Source: Akkermansia muciniphila ATCC BAA-835
GTDB taxonomy: Bacteria > Verrucomicrobiota > Verrucomicrobiia > Verrucomicrobiales > Akkermansiaceae
NCBI RefSeq assembly: GCF_000020225.1
Contig: NC_010655.1
Span: 180,001 to 212,000, forward strand
Direction: 5' to 3'
Length of the DNA: 32,000 bases
Every line of letters begins with the position of its first letter. The stretch's first letter is position 1. The notes under the pieces were generated by a model that saw nothing but the letters and a program-made list of their open reading frames with translations, made no database searches and was not told the origin of the DNA. Below are positions 8,583-17,905 of this stretch, in pieces. Position numbers and translations under genes: made by a program.

Positions 8583-9794
8583 TCAGGAGTTCTTCTTTCC
8601 GAAGAAACCCAGCATCCGGCCCAGCCAGCTGCGCTGTTGCGGCAGCTCGGCATCCAGAATCTGGGCATACCGTATCAGGCCTATGGCCGTGCAGTAGCGC
8701 GGATCGTCCAGGTAGGAAGGCGCTCCGTTTTTGACCAGCGTAGGCCGGCTGATGGCCACGCCGAACACGTGGGAGGCCAGTTCCCCCACGCCGCGCATCA
8801 GGCTGGCGCCCCCGCACAGGTACACGCCGTGGCAGCGGTTGCCCTTGAAAGTATCCTTGGGCAGGGAGGATTTGACCAGATTGAAGATTTCCAACAGACG
8901 GGAACGGATGATTTCATTCAGCACGTTGCGTTCGATGGCGGCATCCTTCATATGCCCCTCTCCGCGCACGCGCACCATCTCGTTGGTTTTCCCGGAAAAG
9001 CTGTTGGCGTCCCCTTCCGTTTTCTTGAGCAGCTCCGCCTGGGCCAGCGGAATGCCGGTCATCAGCGTGATGTCATTGGAAATGTGGTCGCCGCCCAGCG
9101 GCACGCATCCGGAGGCCACAAGCTGGCCGTCCAGGTAAAGCACATAGTCCGTCGTGCCCGCTCCCATGTCAATAAGCAGAGCGCCCGCCTGCTTGACCTG
9201 CCTGTTGAGCACAAACTGGGCCGTGGCAATGGGGGCAAAAACCACATCCGCAATATCCAGCGGGACTTCCCGCACGCAACGGAAGGAGTTGGTGATGCGG
9301 GATTTGATTCCGTGGATGATATGGCAGTCGATGTCCAGGGTTCTTCCGGTCAATCCGGCGGGATTGGTCAGGTTCTCCTGCCCGTCCACGGAAAAGAGGC
9401 CGGGCACGCGGTGCAGGACGAATTGTTCCGGCCCCAGGGCGACGTCCCGGGCAATTTCCGTCACCTCGTCCATATGCTCCTGGGAAATAATGCTTTCGTC
9501 CGGGGGGAGACGGAACGTCCCCCGGTTGTTCTGCCCCACAATATGGGCTCCCGTCACGGACAGATAGACGGTCATGATATCCACGTCCGCATGGTCCTGG
9601 GCCATGTTCCACGCATCGTAAATGCACTGGATGACCTTGGAAGTGTCTTCAATCTCTCCGCGAACCACGCCCTCGCTAGGAACCTCACCCACGCCGATGA
9701 TTGTCACGGTCGCATCCGGCTTCACTTCGCCTACGACCATGCAAGTCTTGCTTGTCCCTATCTCAAGCCCTACGTGAATTTTTGTCTTAGCCAT
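8583..9794 (-). CDS. ftsA: cell division protein FtsA (actin-like ATPase)
   Basis: The start is ATG 9794 (MAKTKIHVGLEIGTSK); the track start at 9803 is a TTG. Motifs LIDMGAGTTD and YLCGGASLMRGV are present, and the C-terminus has an amphipathic helix WLGRMLGFFGKK. Confidence 0.93.
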   Translation of the reverse strand: MAKTKIHVGLEIGTSKTCMVVGEVKPDATVTIIGVGEVPSEGVVRGEIEDTSKVIQCIYDAWNMAQDHADVDIMTVYLSVTGAHIVGQNNRGTFRLPPDESIISQEHMDEVTEIARDVALGPEQFVLHRVPGLFSVDGQENLTNPAGLTGRTLDIDCHIIHGIKSRITNSFRCVREVPLDIADVVFAPIATAQFVLNRQVKQAGALLIDMGAGTTDYVLYLDGQLVASGCVPLGGDHISNDITLMTGIPLAQAELLKKTEGDANSFSGKTNEMVRVRGEGHMKDAAIERNVLNEIIRSRLLEIFNLVKSSLPKDTFKGNRCHGVYLCGGASLMRGVGELASHVFGVAISRPTLVKNGAPSYLDDPRYCTAIGLIRYAQILDAELPQQRSWLGRMLGFFGKKNS

Positions 9795-9909
9795 GAAAGT
9801 CAAGGAACTATCAACGTCCTCGCACCTGATAGCACATTACTTTCCATTATTCAAGAAAGCCTGCGCGAACATACGCAGAAAACGCGGTTTTCCTCCGCGC
9901 AGCCCCGGT

Positions 9910-10452
9910 TCAAAGGCCTGTAGGATGACGCACCAGGAAGTTTCTGGTATTGCGGCCGTCCACTCTCCAGCGGGGACCTTCGCCGCGGCGCCCGCTTCCC
10001 GTGGTGTCAAACCGGAGGCCGCATATGACCATGAAGACGTGTCCGTTTTTGGCATAAATGGAAATCCAGTCCCCGGCGCCTTTCTGCCCGTAATTCAGGA
10101 AAAGCCTGGAATGGCGGGTGGACGTGAGCAAACCGGCTTCCTTCAGCACAAAGGAAGTGCTGCCGGAGCAGTCATAATGGGTATCATAATGCCTCCTGTG
10201 CCCCCCGCCCAGCCGGTACGGCTTGTTGACCAGGGAATTGGCTGCCGCAATGGCGCGCTTGACCTGCGAAGGGGCATTTCTGGGGGGAATGGCTTTCCCG
10301 TTGTGCAGCACGGCCGTCTTGCCGGGCACAAAGTGGTAGGCGGGAAGACGCGCAGGAGCTTCAACTTGTTGCTGGGAGGAGCAGGAAGAGAGAAAAAGGC
10401 CGGCCAAAAGGGCACCAGCCACGGAGAGAGTTCTGTGGGCCGCAAATGTCAT
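9910..10452 (-). CDS. NlpC/P60 (C40) peptidoglycan endopeptidase lipoprotein, MepS/Spr-like
   Basis: I place the start at ATG 10452, giving MTFAAHRTLSVAGALLAGLFLSSC (lipobox LSSC). The catalytic block is YRLGGG...YDCSGSTSFVLKEAG, with downstream NGHVFMVI (His). Confidence 0.8.
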   Translation of the reverse strand: MTFAAHRTLSVAGALLAGLFLSSCSSQQQVEAPARLPAYHFVPGKTAVLHNGKAIPPRNAPSQVKRAIAAANSLVNKPYRLGGGHRRHYDTHYDCSGSTSFVLKEAGLLTSTRHSRLFLNYGQKGAGDWISIYAKNGHVFMVICGLRFDTTGSGRRGEGPRWRVDGRNTRNFLVRHPTGL

Positions 10453-10555
10453 AAGAATTATAAACTGCGGAATTCCCGCCCCCTTGGCAAGAAAATAAAT
10501 TTCCCCCGTCCACATTACATGGTAGACGGGGGAAAGAAATCAGCAATATTTAGCC

Positions 10556-12511
10556 CTAGGAACGGCTGTGGGCATCCTTCTCCACAGCCGCCCACAGGGA
10601 GTCCAGGGAGGCCTGGACCTCCGTCAATGCTTCCTTCACAGGGGCGCCCGGTTTCCCGTGCCCGAAGAGGTAGTATTTAATCTTGGGTTCCGTTCCGGAG
10701 GGGCGCACCGCAAAACTGCGGCCGTCCGCCAGATCCACAAAAATCATTTTTTCCGCCGGAATGGGATCGCCTTCCGCGTCCACCAGGTCGCCTCTGGAAA
10801 AATCCCGGATGCCGCTGACGGTTACGCCGTCCACTTCCGTGGGAGGATTGGAGGAATAGGAGGCGGCAAGGGCGGCGATTCTGGCCGCGCCGTCTGCGCC
10901 TTCCATCACCAGTGATTTGCCCATTTCCAAATACACACCGAACTGCTCAAAGAGTTCATGCAGCAGTTCTAGAAGGCTCTTGCCGATGCTTTCCGCATAA
11001 GCGGCCAATTCCGCAAAAATGATGGCGGCGGAGTTGGCATCCTTGTCCCGCACAAAGTCCTGGGCCAGGTAGCCGTAGCTTTCCTCCCCGCCGAAGACAA
11101 AGTAACGGCTGTATTCCAGGCGCAGGGCACGCGTTTGTTCCTCGCTCATCCTGCGGTAGCCTTCCCGTTTTTCCGCCGGAATGGCCTGTTCATATTTACC
11201 GAGTTTCTGGGCAATATACTTGAACCCCGTGAGCACGTTGACCACTTCATAACCGAAGTGGTGGCCGATGGCATCCTGAAGCCCCGTCGTTACAAAGGTT
11301 TTCACCATCACGGCACGGGAACGGTTGGAGTCATTGATGATGCCAAGCTCGGACATGCTCATGCAGCGGTACCACGCCAGCAGGGAGCCGATCTGGTTGC
11401 CGGTCAGCAGGTGCATTTTGCCGTCTTCCCCGCGCACAGCCACCCCCATGCGGTCCGCATCCGGGTCCGTGGCGATGACGATATCCGCCCCAGAAGCATC
11501 CGCCTGTTCAATGGCCAGGGCCAGAGCCGGCGGATTTTCCGGGTTGGGGGAAGCAACCGTCGGGAAACGGCCGTCCTGCACATCCTGCGCCGCCACGGTC
11601 TGCACGTTGCAGCCCAGTTCCTTCAACAGGGGCACGATGATATGGCCGCCCGTCCCGTGGAGGTTGGAATAAACGATCTTAGCCCCTCCCCTGTTGAAAA
11701 GCTCCGGACGGAGCAGCACGGTTTTCAAGCGGTCCATGTAAATACGGTCAAAGGAGGAATCCAGCACATGAAGGGTTCCGCGCCGGTCTTCCGGCAACGG
11801 CTCATATTCTTCGGAAGTCAGGGAATTGACCTCCTTGATCACGGCCTTGTCATGCGGAGGCACAAGCTGGGCCCCATCATTGAAGTAAGCCTTGAAACCA
11901 TTGTCATGGGAGGGGTTGTGGCTGGCGGTCAGCACCACACCGGAATCCGCATGGAGTTCCCGGATAGCAAAGGAGATTTCAGGCGTGGCGCGAGGACTGT
12001 CGAACAAGTAAATGTCACAACCCAGGTCCGTGCCGATTTTTGCGCAGAATTCGGCAAAGTCACGGGAAAAGTGGCGCGTGTCGTGTCCGATGACCAGGCG
12101 GGGCTTCCTGCCCGGGTCCGTAGCCTCCACATGCTTTTTCACATAAATAATCAGGCCCCGCATTGCCCGCCCAACATTGAAGTAGTTCATGCAGGCGGTT
12201 CCCACGCAGGGATATTCCGGGCGGCCGTTCACGCCGCCGTTCCCCTGCTCGGCCCGGGTTACGATGCTGCCGATGGTGCGTCCCCGCAGCCCCCCCGTTC
12301 CGAAGGCCAGCGTTTTGTAAAAACGGTCGTTCAACTCCTGCCATTCCCCGGCGGCAGCCAGTTCCTCTACGGCCTCGCGTGCTATGGGGGATTTGGTTCC
12401 ATCCAGCAGAAGGCGGATATTGGTCCGGGAAGACTCCAAAAGCTTCCCTTCTTTAACGGCATTCATCAGGGATTCGTCCAGTATATTCATGCTGGCGGAA
12501 TAGTACATCAT
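10556..12511 (-). CDS. alpha-D-phosphohexomutase (phosphoglucomutase/phosphomannomutase family, PgcA-like long form)
   Basis: All four signature loops are present: active-site TASHNPSHDNGFK, metal loop ATDPDADRMGV, sugar loop GGEESYGY and phosphate loop RPSGTEPKIK. The start could be Met-1, Met-2 or Met-8 (12511, 12508 or 12490). Confidence 0.9.
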   Translation of the reverse strand: MMYYSASMNILDESLMNAVKEGKLLESSRTNIRLLLDGTKSPIAREAVEELAAAGEWQELNDRFYKTLAFGTGGLRGRTIGSIVTRAEQGNGGVNGRPEYPCVGTACMNYFNVGRAMRGLIIYVKKHVEATDPGRKPRLVIGHDTRHFSRDFAEFCAKIGTDLGCDIYLFDSPRATPEISFAIRELHADSGVVLTASHNPSHDNGFKAYFNDGAQLVPPHDKAVIKEVNSLTSEEYEPLPEDRRGTLHVLDSSFDRIYMDRLKTVLLRPELFNRGGAKIVYSNLHGTGGHIIVPLLKELGCNVQTVAAQDVQDGRFPTVASPNPENPPALALAIEQADASGADIVIATDPDADRMGVAVRGEDGKMHLLTGNQIGSLLAWYRCMSMSELGIINDSNRSRAVMVKTFVTTGLQDAIGHHFGYEVVNVLTGFKYIAQKLGKYEQAIPAEKREGYRRMSEEQTRALRLEYSRYFVFGGEESYGYLAQDFVRDKDANSAAIIFAELAAYAESIGKSLLELLHELFEQFGVYLEMGKSLVMEGADGAARIAALAASYSSNPPTEVDGVTVSGIRDFSRGDLVDAEGDPIPAEKMIFVDLADGRSFAVRPSGTEPKIKYYLFGHGKPGAPVKEALTEVQASLDSLWAAVEKDAHSRS

Positions 12512-12616
12512 GCCCCTTGTTTGACAATAGCTCTTTCCATCATGGCCTGAGAAAAAAACGCCATATTCATCCCGGTGCGGGCGCAGGGAACGCTTTCCTT
12601 CCCGTCCCCTTTTTAT

Positions 12617-14401
12617 TTAAAGGGACTGGCGGTCATACAGCTCCCGGTACAACGGGCATGAGGCATAAAGCTCTGCATGGGAACCGTCCCCGACGATGCG
12701 CCCGCTCTCAAACACCAGAATGCGCGTCGCCACGCGGATGGAACTGAAACGGTGGGCCACAATAAGCGCCGTCCTTCCCTCCACCAGCCGGTCCAGTTCC
12801 TGCTGGATCAGGGCCTCGCTTTCCGCATCAAGGGAAGCGGTGGCTTCATCCAGAATCAGAATGGGAGCATCCTTCAGGAAAGCGCGGGCAATCGCTATAC
12901 GCTGCCGCTGGCCTCCGGACAGTCCGCTTCCTCCGTCGCCAAGCATGGTCTGGTAGCCGTCCGGCATGCCCATGATAAAGCCGTCCGCAGCTGCGGCGCG
13001 CGCCGCAGCCACCACCTCATCATCCGCAGCGTCCTGCCGTCCCAGCCGGATGTTTTCCATAATGGTGCCGTGGAACAGGACGGGGTGCTGGGAAACGAAG
13101 GCGATATTTTTGCGCACATCGTGCAGGGAAGCGTCCCTCACATCCACGCCATCCACGCGCAGGGCTCCGGAACTAACGTCATAAAACCTGGGGAGAAGGC
13201 TGGCAAATGTTGTTTTTCCGGCTCCGCTGGGCCCTACCAGCCCCACTACTTCCCCGGGGCGGATATGCACGTTTATGCCGTCCAGCACCTTGCGGGCACC
13301 GTCATAGGAGAAGGAAACGCCGTCATAGTCCAGACGACCGGCGGCGCGTCCCATAGGAACGGGGTCAGCGGCCTCCGGCATGGTATCCGGTTCTTTCAGG
13401 AGGTAATTGATGCGTTCCAGGGAAGCGTAAGCGCTCTTCAAATTGGTAAGCGTCACACCCAGCCGTTTGAGAGGGTCGTAACACATGAACAGGGCGGCGG
13501 CCAAAGCAGTAAAATCAGCCTTGGTGATGCCCATTTCATGCCCCCTTACCAGCAAAACGCCCAGCCCCAGCGCCGTCACCATTTCCAGCACGGGAACCAG
13601 GAAGTGCCTGTACTTCACCGTTCTGAGATTGATTTTGAAAAAACGCTGAATCAGCCCCAGGAAAAGATTTACCTGCTGTTCCTGCATTCCGTAGGAACGG
13701 ATTTCACGCTGGGAGGCCAAATTTTCCTGGGCTGCGGCCGTAATATTGCCCAGTTCGTCCTGAGCCTGTTTGGACTTCTTCATCACGCGGCGGCCGAAAA
13801 AGCGGATGGGCCATATGGCCAGCGCAATCAGCCCCAGATTCATCAGGACTACTGCCGTATTCGGATCAACAAATACCTTGTACACCAGGAAGGCAAGGGC
13901 GGTCAGCAGAGTCAGGGGCTGCTTGATGATGTCATTGGCCGCTACCACCAGCCCCCCCTGCACGTTGGCGGCGTCATTAATTAGGCGGCTGATCAGGTCC
14001 CCCCGTTTCTGGCGGTCAATGAAGGAAAGGGGCAGCGTCTGCAATTTGGAAAAGGCGTCCAGCCTGATTGCCTCCAGCACTTTCATGCTGACGATGCTGA
14101 TCCAGTACACGTTGAAGAACGTGCCTATGCCACGGACGGCGAAGACCAGAGGCAGCAGAGAGCATACGGCCAGCAGCACCGCCAGGTGCATGTGTTCCGG
14201 GGCCACCAGCCGAGCGATCATGTCCTGAAGCTCCGGTGGAATCTGTGTATTGTCAAACACCACCGGAAATACTTTGGCAATCATCAGCGGAAAGCCGAAA
14301 CCGCTGGCGGCGGCAGCCAGAGCCCCGGCAGCCAGAGCGGCGATGAACAGCTTCATCACGGGCTTCAAATACCGCGCATATTCAAAAAACTGGCTTAACA
14401 T
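12617..14401 (-). CDS. ABC exporter, fused permease + ATPase (MsbA/lipid-exporter-like), downstream member of a pair
   Basis: A 6-TM N-domain is followed by an NBD with Walker A GPSGAGKTT, signature LSGGQRQR, Walker B ILILDEATASLD and H-loop VAHR. Confidence 0.9.
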   Translation of the reverse strand: MLSQFFEYARYLKPVMKLFIAALAAGALAAAASGFGFPLMIAKVFPVVFDNTQIPPELQDMIARLVAPEHMHLAVLLAVCSLLPLVFAVRGIGTFFNVYWISIVSMKVLEAIRLDAFSKLQTLPLSFIDRQKRGDLISRLINDAANVQGGLVVAANDIIKQPLTLLTALAFLVYKVFVDPNTAVVLMNLGLIALAIWPIRFFGRRVMKKSKQAQDELGNITAAAQENLASQREIRSYGMQEQQVNLFLGLIQRFFKINLRTVKYRHFLVPVLEMVTALGLGVLLVRGHEMGITKADFTALAAALFMCYDPLKRLGVTLTNLKSAYASLERINYLLKEPDTMPEAADPVPMGRAAGRLDYDGVSFSYDGARKVLDGINVHIRPGEVVGLVGPSGAGKTTFASLLPRFYDVSSGALRVDGVDVRDASLHDVRKNIAFVSQHPVLFHGTIMENIRLGRQDAADDEVVAAARAAAADGFIMGMPDGYQTMLGDGGSGLSGGQRQRIAIARAFLKDAPILILDEATASLDAESEALIQQELDRLVEGRTALIVAHRFSSIRVATRILVFESGRIVGDGSHAELYASCPLYRELYDRQSL

Positions 14402-16245
14402 GGAGCGCCTCCTTCCTCCTCCGCAACCATCTGCTGCTTATTGTAAAGTTCCCGGTACAGGGGAGAAGAAGCCATCAGCTCCTCATGCGTGCCGTCCGCA
14501 ACCACACGGCCTTTCTCCAGCACCAAAATGCGGTCCGCCATGCGGATGGTGCTGAAACGGTGGGCAATAATGAACGTCGTGCGGCCGGAAGCCAGTCTCT
14601 CAATCTCCTTCTGAATCTGCTCCTCGCTCTTCATATCCAAGGAAGCCGTGGCCTCATCCAGCACCAGGATGGGAGCGTTTTTCAAAAAGGCCCTCGCCAG
14701 GGAAACGCGCTGCCGCTGGCCGCCGGAAAGGCCCTCCCCCATTTCCCCGATCATGCGGGAATACCCTTCCCCCGTCTCATTGATAAAACTGTCCACGGCG
14801 GACATGCGGCCGGCTTCCTCCACCTCCGCGTCGGAAGCGTCCGGACGGCCGATGCGTATATTGTCCGCCACGGAGCCGCGGAACAGAACGGGATACTGGG
14901 AAACCAGCGCTATGTGGGAAAGAAGTTCCTTTTTACTCATCTCCCTCACGTCGATGCCGTCCACCTTCACGCTGCCGGAAAGGACATCATAAAAACGGCA
15001 CAGCAAATTAATGAAAGTCGTCTTCCCCGCTCCGCTGGGACCGACCAGGGCCACCACCTGCCCGGACGGAATGCGGAGATCAATGTTCCTCATGACAGGA
15101 GAGTCCTGCTGGTAACCGAAGCAAACGTTGCGGAACTCCACTTCCCCCTTCCATGCCGCCGGGATCCTTGGGTTTTCCGGTTCGGGAACGTCATCAGGAG
15201 CATTCAGCACGTGGTTGATGCGTTCCAGACCGGCATTAAGGGTTTCCGCCTTGTTATGGACGGCCCCCAGCTTCTTGACCGGCTCATAGCAAAGATACAT
15301 GGCCGTAGCCAGCGCGGCAAAATCCCCCATGTTCATGCCGTTCATGTTGCCAACCAGCAGGGTGGCGGCCATGGCTATGGCGCTGACGAACTCAATCAAA
15401 GGGGTCAGCAGGCTCTGCCACCTGACCGCGCCGATGGATGCCTGGATGTAACGGCGGATCCTGTCCCTGAACAGCCTTATCTGCTGCTGTTCCAGTTCAA
15501 AGGCCCGGATATCCCGCTGGGAAGAAAAATTCTCCTGGAGCGTGGAGGAAAGGTCCCCCTGGCTGGACTGCACTACCCGGGCGCGGGCAAGCATTTTCCT
15601 GCCGATGTACCGGATGGGAATCACGCAAACGCCTACCAGGAGCATATTCGCCAGCAGAATAAGAAACTGCTCGCTGACGGAGGCCCTGTAAATCAGAAAC
15701 CCTAACGCGGCCAAAAGAGTCAGGGGCTGGATAATAAGGTCATTGGCAATCTGTACCAGGCCGCCCTGGAGAAACTGGGTATCCTGCATCAGGCGGCTCA
15801 GCAGGTCCCCCTTCTGCTGCCGGTCATGAAAAGCCAGGGACAAATCCTGATACTTTCTGTACACCTTGAGCCGCAATGTCTCCAGCACTCCCAGCCCTAT
15901 TTTGGAAAGCAAATAGACATTGACAAAAGAAGACAGGCCGCGCACCACCACCACCAGCGGGAGCATAGCCGCCGTGGCCCACACCGTCACCAGGGGCAGG
16001 TTTTCCGGGCTCACATACCACAAGAGCACCCGTTCCGCCCACGGAGGCAGCGGTTTCCCGTCAAAAATCACGGGAAACATCTCCTGTAAAATCACCGGAA
16101 TGCCAAAACCGCTGGAAACAGCGGCCACAATGCCTCCGACCACCGCCCACACCAGCGTGCCCTTATAAGGAAGAAGATACTCGCGCCACAATGCCCTGGC
16201 GCGCTGGATGGAGGATTCCTGCCCCTCTGTTGACTGTTTCCTCAT
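14395..16245 (-). CDS. ABC exporter, fused permease + ATPase (MsbA-like), upstream member of a pair
   Basis: I place the start at ATG 16245 (MRKQSTEGQ...); the 82 upstream codons of the track ORF look non-coding. Motifs: Walker A GPSGAGKTT, LSGGQRQR, ILVLDEATASLD, IAHR. Its TAA (14397-14395) lies inside the next gene's start region (ATGTTAA, 7-nt overlap). Confidence 0.88.
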   Translation of the reverse strand: MRKQSTEGQESSIQRARALWREYLLPYKGTLVWAVVGGIVAAVSSGFGIPVILQEMFPVIFDGKPLPPWAERVLLWYVSPENLPLVTVWATAAMLPLVVVVRGLSSFVNVYLLSKIGLGVLETLRLKVYRKYQDLSLAFHDRQQKGDLLSRLMQDTQFLQGGLVQIANDLIIQPLTLLAALGFLIYRASVSEQFLILLANMLLVGVCVIPIRYIGRKMLARARVVQSSQGDLSSTLQENFSSQRDIRAFELEQQQIRLFRDRIRRYIQASIGAVRWQSLLTPLIEFVSAIAMAATLLVGNMNGMNMGDFAALATAMYLCYEPVKKLGAVHNKAETLNAGLERINHVLNAPDDVPEPENPRIPAAWKGEVEFRNVCFGYQQDSPVMRNIDLRIPSGQVVALVGPSGAGKTTFINLLCRFYDVLSGSVKVDGIDVREMSKKELLSHIALVSQYPVLFRGSVADNIRIGRPDASDAEVEEAGRMSAVDSFINETGEGYSRMIGEMGEGLSGGQRQRVSLARAFLKNAPILVLDEATASLDMKSEEQIQKEIERLASGRTTFIIAHRFSTIRMADRILVLEKGRVVADGTHEELMASSPLYRELYNKQQMVAEEEGGAPC

Positions 16246-16359
16246 AAGTATTCCGGATGGCCGCGCCCGGGAACGGACGGCGCGCAATCGGCAGGGATCA
16301 TACCATGAAGACCGTGAATGACAAGCTCCTTGCGATAAAAACTGCATGGGTAAATGCCT

Positions 16360-16395
16360 GGCGGGCAGACCTCCGGGCATCCCGGCTTGCCCGCC
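16360..16395. repeat. GC-rich imperfect hairpin in the divergent region between the ABC pair and the nadE-like gene
   Basis: GGCGGGCA (16360-16367) pairs with TGCCCGCC (16388-16395), and an inner CCGGG (16373-16377) pairs with CCCGG (16381-16385). No U-tract follows. It lies 28 nt upstream of ATG 16424. Confidence 0.35.
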
Positions 16396-16423
16396 ACCCC
16401 GTAATGGTCTACCTTTCCGTCGC

Positions 16424-17830
16424 ATGCTGAAGACAGGATTAATCCAACCGGAAACCATTCCCGGCCACTTTCCCCGAAATCTCAGAACCATCGTGGAACT
16501 GTACCGTTCCTGCCTGGACGCAGGCGCGGAGCTCGTCCTCTGTCCGCCGCTGGCCCTCAGCGGCGTGCATACCGGGGAACTGGCTCTGCGCAGCGGCTTC
16601 CGGACCCAGCACCGGGCGACCCTGGCCTATCTGGCACGGGAAATAGCGGACGTCCCCCTGCTGCTGGGAGCGACGGACGCGGAAGGCATAAGATTCCACC
16701 TGTTGAGGAACGGCCTTTCCTTTCCCCGGCAGGCCGTTATCCCTCCCTCCCCGCATGGAAAAGAACGCGTTCCCGTCTTTGGCATCTGGAGAACGGAGGA
16801 TGAGGCAGTTTTTTCCATCGCCCCGTGGGGAGAAATTCCTCCTCCGCACGTTTCCGCCACATGCCTGCTGCTCCGCACGCCTGCCAATGCATGGCATGAG
16901 GGATTGCTGGAACAGGATGAGGAAGAAGCCCACCTGACGGCGCGGGAAACAGGCCTGCCCGTATTCACGGCCCGCCTGGCCGGGGGAGAAGGTCCGTTTC
17001 TGCTGCCCGGCGCATCTTCCGTATGGTCCGGCAATGAAAATCTTCTCAAACGGCTGCGTCTTTTTGAACGGGATTCCGCCGTCATCTCACCGGAAAACTC
17101 CACAGGAACGGACTCCCCCCTGCCCTCCCCGGAACAACAGCTCCGGCACGCCCTCCGCAAAGGAATGGAAGATTTCATTCTGAAAAGCGGGTACGGGGCC
17201 GTCTGCCTGAATTTGCTGGAAAATTCCGCATCCCTCCTGTTGGCGGAACTATTGAAGGAAACGTGCCCCTCTCTGGAAGTGACGGGGTTCCTCCCCTCCC
17301 TGCCCGGCATTCCGGAAGAAACACGGGAAAGAGTTCAAGCCTTCGCCGGCACGGCTGGCATTGGCGTACGGACGGTTTCTTTCCCTGCCAAAGCCGGAGG
17401 GCTGGACGAAAAAGCTGCAATCGCGTGGCTCATGCGCCAATGGGCGGAAGAAGAAGGCGCCCTGCTGCTCTCTTCTCTGACGGGGACGGATATCATGACG
17501 GCGCCCCGCTTTCTTCCAGCCGCTTTAGCCGCGGATTTCATGCCGCTGGGGGATTTATACGAAACGGAACTGGCAAACCTGTTCCCCGGTTTTATTTCTC
17601 CCGCTCCGGAGGCCGCCAGGCGCGACGGGTTTCTCATCCGCCTGCACCGGGAACATGAATCCGCCACGGAGCTGGCGAATCGGTTCCCGGAATCGGAAAG
17701 GGAAATCCGCCGTCTGCAGCGGCAGGCCCGCGCATCCGAATGGACACGCCTGAAACTGCCGCCGCGCCTCATGCTGCGCTCCATCCCCGGAACGCAGGAA
17801 ACGCCTTATATCCATCGGCTGGCAGACTGA
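16424..17830 (+). CDS. NAD+ synthetase (NadE)-like two-domain protein with apparently degenerate catalytic motifs
   Basis: Start at ATG 16424 (MLKTGLIQPE...). The N-terminal half aligns by eye to the CN-hydrolase domain (AELVLCPPLALSG vs ..LVVFPELALTGY). The C-terminal half aligns to the NAD-synthase PP-loop domain (GAVCLNLLENSASLL vs GvvLGLSGGIDSAl; LLLSSLTGTD...PLGDLYETEL vs lvlgTgNksE...plgDlyKtqV). Confidence 0.7.
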   Translation: MLKTGLIQPETIPGHFPRNLRTIVELYRSCLDAGAELVLCPPLALSGVHTGELALRSGFRTQHRATLAYLAREIADVPLLLGATDAEGIRFHLLRNGLSFPRQAVIPPSPHGKERVPVFGIWRTEDEAVFSIAPWGEIPPPHVSATCLLLRTPANAWHEGLLEQDEEEAHLTARETGLPVFTARLAGGEGPFLLPGASSVWSGNENLLKRLRLFERDSAVISPENSTGTDSPLPSPEQQLRHALRKGMEDFILKSGYGAVCLNLLENSASLLLAELLKETCPSLEVTGFLPSLPGIPEETRERVQAFAGTAGIGVRTVSFPAKAGGLDEKAAIAWLMRQWAEEEGALLLSSLTGTDIMTAPRFLPAALAADFMPLGDLYETELANLFPGFISPAPEAARRDGFLIRLHREHESATELANRFPESEREIRRLQRQARASEWTRLKLPPRLMLRSIPGTQETPYIHRLAD

Positions 17831-17905
17831 CGCGGAACCTCCCTTTTCCTCCCGTGGCATACATTGCGCTTGCTCTTGAAGAGGAAGAAGTGATTAGTAG
17901 AAGCC

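Noticed and set aside
1657-16491. N-terminal extensions of the track ORFs: 1657 for the polyamine gene, 8668 for ftsZ, 9803 (TTG) for ftsA, 10515 for the C40 lipoprotein, 16491 for the ABC exporter, 16346 for the nadE-like gene and 27578 for kdsB.
   Set aside because: In each case the family-conserved N-terminus or the signal/lipobox begins at an internal ATG. The extension overlaps a neighbouring gene or has non-coding-like composition, so I used the internal starts.
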